Source: Candidatus Eiseniibacteriota bacterium
GTDB lineage: Bacteria > Eisenbacteria > RBG-16-71-46
Assembly: GCA_044222065.1 (NCBI GenBank)
Contig: JBGAOA010000008.1
Span: forward strand, 1 to 64,000
Length of the DNA stretch: 64,000 nt
Direction of reading: 5' to 3'
A program made the translations under genes and the position numbers. The notes under the pieces are model-generated. The model was not told where the DNA came from and did not search any database. It was given only the letters and a program-made list of their open reading frames with translations. Positions 59,478 through 64,000 of the stretch are shown in pieces (within the stretch, counting starts at the first letter, position 1; each line of letters starts with the position of its first letter).

Positions 59478-61244
59478 ATGAGAGGTCGGTCCCCCGCCTT
59501 GCGCCTCGTTCGAGCCGGCTGCGCCATCGTGCTCCTCTCGCTCCCGGCGGCCTCCGCGCACGCCGCGTGGCCGATCGCGTCGACTTCGCCGCTCTTCGTC
59601 AACGCGTCCGGCGGCTACCAGACGCAGCCAGTCGTCGTGGCCGACGGCACGAGCGGCCTGTTCGTCGCCTGGACCGACACGCGCGACGAGCAGAAGGTCC
59701 GCGTCCAGCGCTTCACGACGTCCGGAGACGTCGCGCCCGGCTGGCCGCTCGACGGCTTCCGCCCCGGCCCCGCCTCGGCCGCGCAGCGATCGCCCGCGCT
59801 CCTTCCCGACGGCGCCGGCGGCGTGTTCGTCGCGTGGGAACAGACGGGCCCCGCGGGCGACTGGGACGTCTGGGTGCAGCACGTCGTCGCGGGCCCCGCG
59901 ATCGCCGACGGCTGGCTCGCGAACGGATCGGCGGTGTGCACGTCGGCCCGCAACCAGACGGCGCCGCGGCTGCACCCCGACGGCGCGGGCGGCGCGCTCG
60001 TGCTGTGGGCGGACGAGCGCACGCGCCCGTTCACGTTCCTCTACGGTTCGCGCGTCACGCCGCTCGGCTCGCGCGCGGAAGGCTGGCCGAGGAACGGCCG
60101 CTCGATCGGGTTGCTGGGCGGTCCGACGAGCCCCTTCACCTCGATCCCCGACGACGCGGGCGGGGCGTTCACGTTCTACCTCGGCGCCGATTCGCTGATG
60201 CACCTGCATCGCATCGCGAACTCGGGCGAGTTCGCGGCCGGCTGGCCGATCAACGACGGCGTGACGCTCGGCCAGATGGTCGGACTCGTCTCGGCCCCGG
60301 CGCTCGTGCCCGACGGGGCGGGTGGCGTGTTCGCCGCCTGGTCCCAGTACACGGTGGACATGGACGTGAAGCTCACGCGCATCCGCGGCGACGGCGTCCC
60401 CGCTCCGGGCTGGGTCGTCGAGGGCTACTACGTGTGTTCGGCGCCGCTGGACCAGTGGCTGCGCGGCGCGGCGAGCGACGGCGCGGGCGGCGTGATCCTC
60501 GCGTGGGACGACAACCGCCTCAGCGCGACGAAGAAGACGGACATCTACGCGCTGCGCGTGCTCGGAAGCGGTGCCGTCGCGCCGGGCTGGGTGCCGGAGG
60601 GGACCGGCCTCGACGTCTCGACGAGCGACGATCGCGACGTCTCGATCGTTCCGGACGGCCTCGGCGGCGCGATCGTCGTGTACCGCTCGGGCAACTTCAA
60701 CACCGGCTCGATCACGCTCGTGGCGCAGCGCGCGGCCGCCGACGGCACGCGCCCGACCGGCTGGGCGACGAGCGGAAACGACGTCGGCGTCGTCGCCGGT
60801 CGCGACGCGGTCCCGAGCGTCGTCTCGGACGGACTCGGCGGCGCGGTGATCGTGTGGTCGTTCGAGAACACGGCGGTGCCGCTCGCGCGCCTGACGAGGA
60901 TCGACCGGAACGGCAAGCTCCAGGGGCCCGCGCCCGGCGCGACGACGGACGCCCCCGAGTCGCCGTCCGAGCTGCGGCTCGCCCCGATCGCCCCGAATCC
61001 GGTTCGCGGCTACGCGCAGTTGCGATTCGCGCTGCCGAGCGCGGCACGCGTGACGCTCGAGGTGCTGGATCCGGCGGGGCGCCGCGTGCGCACGCTCGCG
61101 CGCGGAGCGTTCGAAGCGGGAACGCACGCGGCCGAGTGGCGCGGCGACGACGAGGACGGACGTCGCGTCGCGAGCGGGATCTACTTCGCGGTGCTCACGG
61201 CCGGCGACGAGCGCCGCGTGCGCCGCATGCTGCTCACGCGCTGA
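59478..61244 (+). CDS. Secreted repeat (beta-propeller-like) protein with C-terminal FlgD-Ig / T9SS-like sorting domain
   Basis: Signal peptide, eight DGxGG-hhh-W/Y repeats, C-terminal PNPV...LRFALP...GRRVRTL...WRGDD..GRRVASGIYF. Confidence 0.85.
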   Translation: MRGRSPALRLVRAGCAIVLLSLPAASAHAAWPIASTSPLFVNASGGYQTQPVVVADGTSGLFVAWTDTRDEQKVRVQRFTTSGDVAPGWPLDGFRPGPASAAQRSPALLPDGAGGVFVAWEQTGPAGDWDVWVQHVVAGPAIADGWLANGSAVCTSARNQTAPRLHPDGAGGALVLWADERTRPFTFLYGSRVTPLGSRAEGWPRNGRSIGLLGGPTSPFTSIPDDAGGAFTFYLGADSLMHLHRIANSGEFAAGWPINDGVTLGQMVGLVSAPALVPDGAGGVFAAWSQYTVDMDVKLTRIRGDGVPAPGWVVEGYYVCSAPLDQWLRGAASDGAGGVILAWDDNRLSATKKTDIYALRVLGSGAVAPGWVPEGTGLDVSTSDDRDVSIVPDGLGGAIVVYRSGNFNTGSITLVAQRAAADGTRPTGWATSGNDVGVVAGRDAVPSVVSDGLGGAVIVWSFENTAVPLARLTRIDRNGKLQGPAPGATTDAPESPSELRLAPIAPNPVRGYAQLRFALPSAARVTLEVLDPAGRRVRTLARGAFEAGTHAAEWRGDDEDGRRVASGIYFAVLTAGDERRVRRMLLTR

Positions 61245-61248
61245 GACG

Positions 61249-61671
61249 TCACTCGCCGTCGGGCGACAGGAAGCGCTCGACCCAGCGATAGCCTTCGAGG
61301 ATCAGGAGCCCGAGCAGCGTTCCGCCGATCGCGAGCCCGTACGCGTGCACGCCGACGGCGACGCCGATCGCGGCGACCATCCACACGCTCGCGGCGGTCG
61401 TGAGGCCGTGCACGTAGCCCTCGGTGCGCATGATGCTGCCCGCGCCGAGGAAGCCGACGCCGGTGACGACGCCATGAATGATGCGCGTGGGGTCGAAGTT
61501 CGCCATGCCGAAGCTCTTCATAGCGTGCGGTGCCATCAGCACGAACATCGTGGAGCCGAGGCACACGAGCGTGTGCGTGCGGAGTCCGGCGGGCTTGCGT
61601 CCCATCTGCCGCTCCCAGCCGACGATCGTGCCGAGCGCGGTGGACAGGAGCATCGGAAGCACATCGTTCAT
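61249..61671 (-). CDS. MgtC/SapB family protein
   Basis: VGWERQ...PAGLRTH.LV, DPTRI...VVTGVGFLGAG, GLTTAASVW; GGAGG RBS. Confidence 0.92.
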   Translation of the reverse strand: MNDVLPMLLSTALGTIVGWERQMGRKPAGLRTHTLVCLGSTMFVLMAPHAMKSFGMANFDPTRIIHGVVTGVGFLGAGSIMRTEGYVHGLTTAASVWMVAAIGVAVGVHAYGLAIGGTLLGLLILEGYRWVERFLSPDGE

Positions 61672-61867
61672 GGGCACCTCCCTGTGCGGCGGCATTATCG
61701 GCACGAGGCGGTGCGGGCTCAACCCGTGGCGGCCGCCGGCGACGTCTCATTCGCTCCCGGAGTGAACGCGCCCGCGCGACTTCGAACGCGGGGAGTGCGG
61801 CAGTAGCAGCTCCGACGCGTGGTGGAAGGCGCGGCGTTCCGCTGCGACGGGCTCGAGGAGAGCGCCC

Positions 61868-62184
61868 CTTTCGCTTCGACACGCCCGGGGCGATCGTCGC
61901 TTTCGCTTCGACACGCCCAGGGCGATCAGCTTCCCCTCCGGAAGGAGGACGGCCCCCACCCACCTTCAATCCTCCCGGAGGGCTTCGATCGCCCCTGCGG
62001 CTGCATTGGCGAGCGTCGGGGCCTCGCTGCTCTCGGGAGGAGTGAAGGTGGGGCGGGGGCCGTCCTCCTCCCGAGAGCAGCGGAGCACCGGACGCGGCGG
62101 ATCGGAGTGCCCCGCAGCGATCCCGACTCAAAGGTGGGGCGGAGGCTGTTCTCCTCCCGAGAGCAGAGGAGCCCCGGACGCGGC
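61868..62184. repeat. Intergenic cluster of direct and inverted (REP/MITE-like) repeats
   Basis: 28-bp direct repeat (61868-61895, 61900-61927; 1 mismatch); 54-bp direct repeat (62045-62098, 62131-62184; 49/54 identical); inverted partial copy at about 61944-61980. Confidence 0.8.
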
Positions 62185-62214
62185 CTGGTGGTGCGACGCT
62201 CGCGATATGGACGA

Positions 62215-63015
62215 TCAGCGATTCTCGAACTTCGCGGGACGCTTCTCGAGGAACGCGGTGAGGCCCTCGTGCATGTCGCGGCTCGCCGCCATCGTGCCGA
62301 AGAACGAACTCTCGAGCCGGAGCGCGTCGGGCAGCGACATCCCCGCGCCGTGTCGCACCGCTTCGAGCACGGCGGCGACGGCGATCGGACCGTTCTTCAG
62401 GATCGCCTGCGCGAGCGCGACCGCCTCTTCGAGCAGCTTCGCCTGCGGCACGACGCGGTTCACGAGCCCGATGCGCTCGGCCTCGTCCGCCTTCACCTTG
62501 CGCGCCGTCGTCAGGAGTTCGAGCGCGCGCGCCGGGCCCACGAGACGCGGCAGGCGCTGCGTCCCGCCGTAGCCGGGAATGATGCCGAGGCTCACCTCGG
62601 GCAGTCCGAGCACGGCGTTCTCGGACGCGATCCGCAGGTGGCAGGCGAGCGCCAGCTCGCAGCCGCCTCCGAGCGCGAAGCCGTTGACCGCGGCGATCAC
62701 GGGCTTGTTGACGTTCGCGAGCCGGTCGAACGCGCGCTGGCCGAACGCCGAGGTCGCCTCCGCTTCGCGCGCGCCGAGCGGCGCGAGTTCGTTGATGTCC
62801 GCGCCCGCGACGAAGCTCTTCTCCCCCGCGCCGGTCACGATCAGCGCGCGCTGGGCGTCGTCCTCGGCGAACCGCCGTGCGGCGTCGTCGATCTCGCCGA
62901 TCGTGGCGTGGTTGAGGGCGTTCAGCACCTGCGGCCGGTTCACGGTCAGGATCGTGATCGCGTCGCGGCGTTCGATCAGCAGGTTCGCGTAGGTCGGGAG
63001 GGTCGTCGTGCTCAT
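62215..63015 (-). CDS. Enoyl-CoA hydratase/isomerase (crotonase)
   Basis: NRPQVLNALN, FVAGADI, AVNGFALGGGCELALACH, PEVSLGIIPGYGGTQRLPR. Confidence 0.93.
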   Translation of the reverse strand: MSTTTLPTYANLLIERRDAITILTVNRPQVLNALNHATIGEIDDAARRFAEDDAQRALIVTGAGEKSFVAGADINELAPLGAREAEATSAFGQRAFDRLANVNKPVIAAVNGFALGGGCELALACHLRIASENAVLGLPEVSLGIIPGYGGTQRLPRLVGPARALELLTTARKVKADEAERIGLVNRVVPQAKLLEEAVALAQAILKNGPIAVAAVLEAVRHGAGMSLPDALRLESSFFGTMAASRDMHEGLTAFLEKRPAKFENR

Positions 63016-63193
63016 GGGCGGGGCTCGCGGATGACGCGGAGTTCGCGACGCGCGCGGATCGCGCGGCGGGGCTCCGGGAGGCGGCAGTATAGGAAGCGCT
63101 TTCGAAGAGCGGCAAGCGGAGCGGCTCTCGCGACGCGCGTCTTGAGCCGCGCCGCGGCCGCGCCTACGATGGCCCCGCGCTCACGCGCTCCGA

Positions 63194-64000
63194 ATGCGCC
63201 CCGATCCCTCGCCGACGACCGACGCTTCGCGTCTCGCCGCCGAGCTCCGATTCCTCACGGAGCTCGCGCGCGTGCTCGCGTCCACGACCGAACTTCAGGT
63301 CATCCTCGACTGGATCGTCGGCGCGACCACCGACCTGCTCGCCGCCGAGGAAGGCTCGTTGCGCCTCCAGGGCGGCGACGACAACGCGTCGGGACTGTTC
63401 ACGGTCGTCCGGCGCGGCGGTCGCGGATCGGGCAGCGCCTCGTGGCCGCCGTTCGTGAGCTTCACCGTAATGGGGCACCTCGAGAGCGCGTCGTCGCTCG
63501 CCACGCCGGACCTGCGCACGGACCCGCGCTTCCCCGCGCTGGCGCGCGCGCCCGAGAACCTCCGAGCGGCGCTCGCCGTGCCGCTCGTCGTGGAAGACCG
63601 CCGGATCGGATTCCTGGCGGTCACCGAGACGCGCCCCGGCCGCACGTGGAGCGCGGGCGACGTCCAGCTGCTCGCGACCGTGGCGTCGCATTCGGCCGTG
63701 GCGATCGAGCAGGCGCGGTTGCGCGCCGAAGCCGAAGCGAAGCGCGAATTCGAGGCGCGCACGCGCCGGCTCGAGGAGGAGCTGGACCGCGCGCGCGACA
63801 CGCAGCGAGCGCTCGTTCCGGACGCGCCGCTCGCCGTGGGCGCCCGGCGCGTCGCCGGTCGCGTGGAGCCCGCGCGCGCCGTGGGCGGGGACGCGTTCGA
63901 CCACTTCGCGCTCGACGGCGGACGATTCGCGTTCGCGATCGCCGACGTCTCGGGCAAGGGTGTGCCCGCGGCGCTGCTGATCGCGAGCACGATCGCCTCG
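63194..64000 (+). CDS. GAF + SpoIIE/PP2C (RsbU-like) phosphatase, 3' truncated by the window
   Basis: Not in the ORF track; hand translation MRPDPSP...LTELARVLAST...ALAVPL...AIEQARL...ELDRARDTQ...VGGDAFD...IADVSGKGVPAALL. Confidence 0.85.
   Translation, partial: MRPDPSPTTDASRLAAELRFLTELARVLASTTELQVILDWIVGATTDLLAAEEGSLRLQGGDDNASGLFTVVRRGGRGSGSASWPPFVSFTVMGHLESASSLATPDLRTDPRFPALARAPENLRAALAVPLVVEDRRIGFLAVTETRPGRTWSAGDVQLLATVASHSAVAIEQARLRAEAEAKREFEARTRRLEEELDRARDTQRALVPDAPLAVGARRVAGRVEPARAVGGDAFDHFALDGGRFAFAIADVSGKGVPAALLIASTIAS

Noticed and set aside
61868..61927. 28-bp repeat pair as a mini CRISPR array
   Set aside because: Only two copies 4 nt apart, no spacer-sized unique sequence and no cas genes.
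61747..62045. Short ORFs across the repeat cluster
   Set aside because: Translations merely reflect the nucleotide repeats; no RBS or protein-like features.

Overview
Very GC-rich bacterial chromosomal window with no CRISPR array, transposase, integrase or prophage. The gene content (FlgD-Ig/T9SS-like C-terminal domain protein, fused CcoNO, DUF2723) suggests an FCB-associated uncultured lineage such as Ca. Eisenbacteria; that is inference only. Positions 1-48100 are almost all minus-strand. (i) An FMN riboswitch heads ribD-ribE-ribBA-ribH-nusB, which runs with overlapping or near-abutting genes into a ~19 kb glycosylation locus: three GT-C-type membrane proteins (one TMEM260/DUF2723-like with TPRs), a polyprenyl-phosphate glycosyltransferase, two flippases, HddA/HddC-like enzymes, GT2/GT4s, two methyltransferases and an AsnB-type amidotransferase. 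(ii) An OM beta-barrel, a divergent YchF, an orphan zf-HC2 protein and tRNA-Lys. (iii) A complete cbb3 oxidase cluster with a candidate sigma54 promoter. (iv) purA, serA-like, class V aminotransferase, lon-clpX-clpP-tig, tRNA-Leu, an OM barrel and apgM. Positions 48200-64000 are mixed-strand: hbd, proC, thiolase, a membrane LuxR with a divergent haem protein, secreted beta-helix and repeat proteins, leuA/leuB, mgtC, a palindromic repeat cluster, enoyl-CoA hydratase and a partial GAF-PP2C. The best candidate for an undescribed system is the TMEM260-like extracytoplasmic (protein O-)glycosylation locus. Start codons were re-picked by eye from the ORF track, and all family calls come from motif recognition, not database searches.
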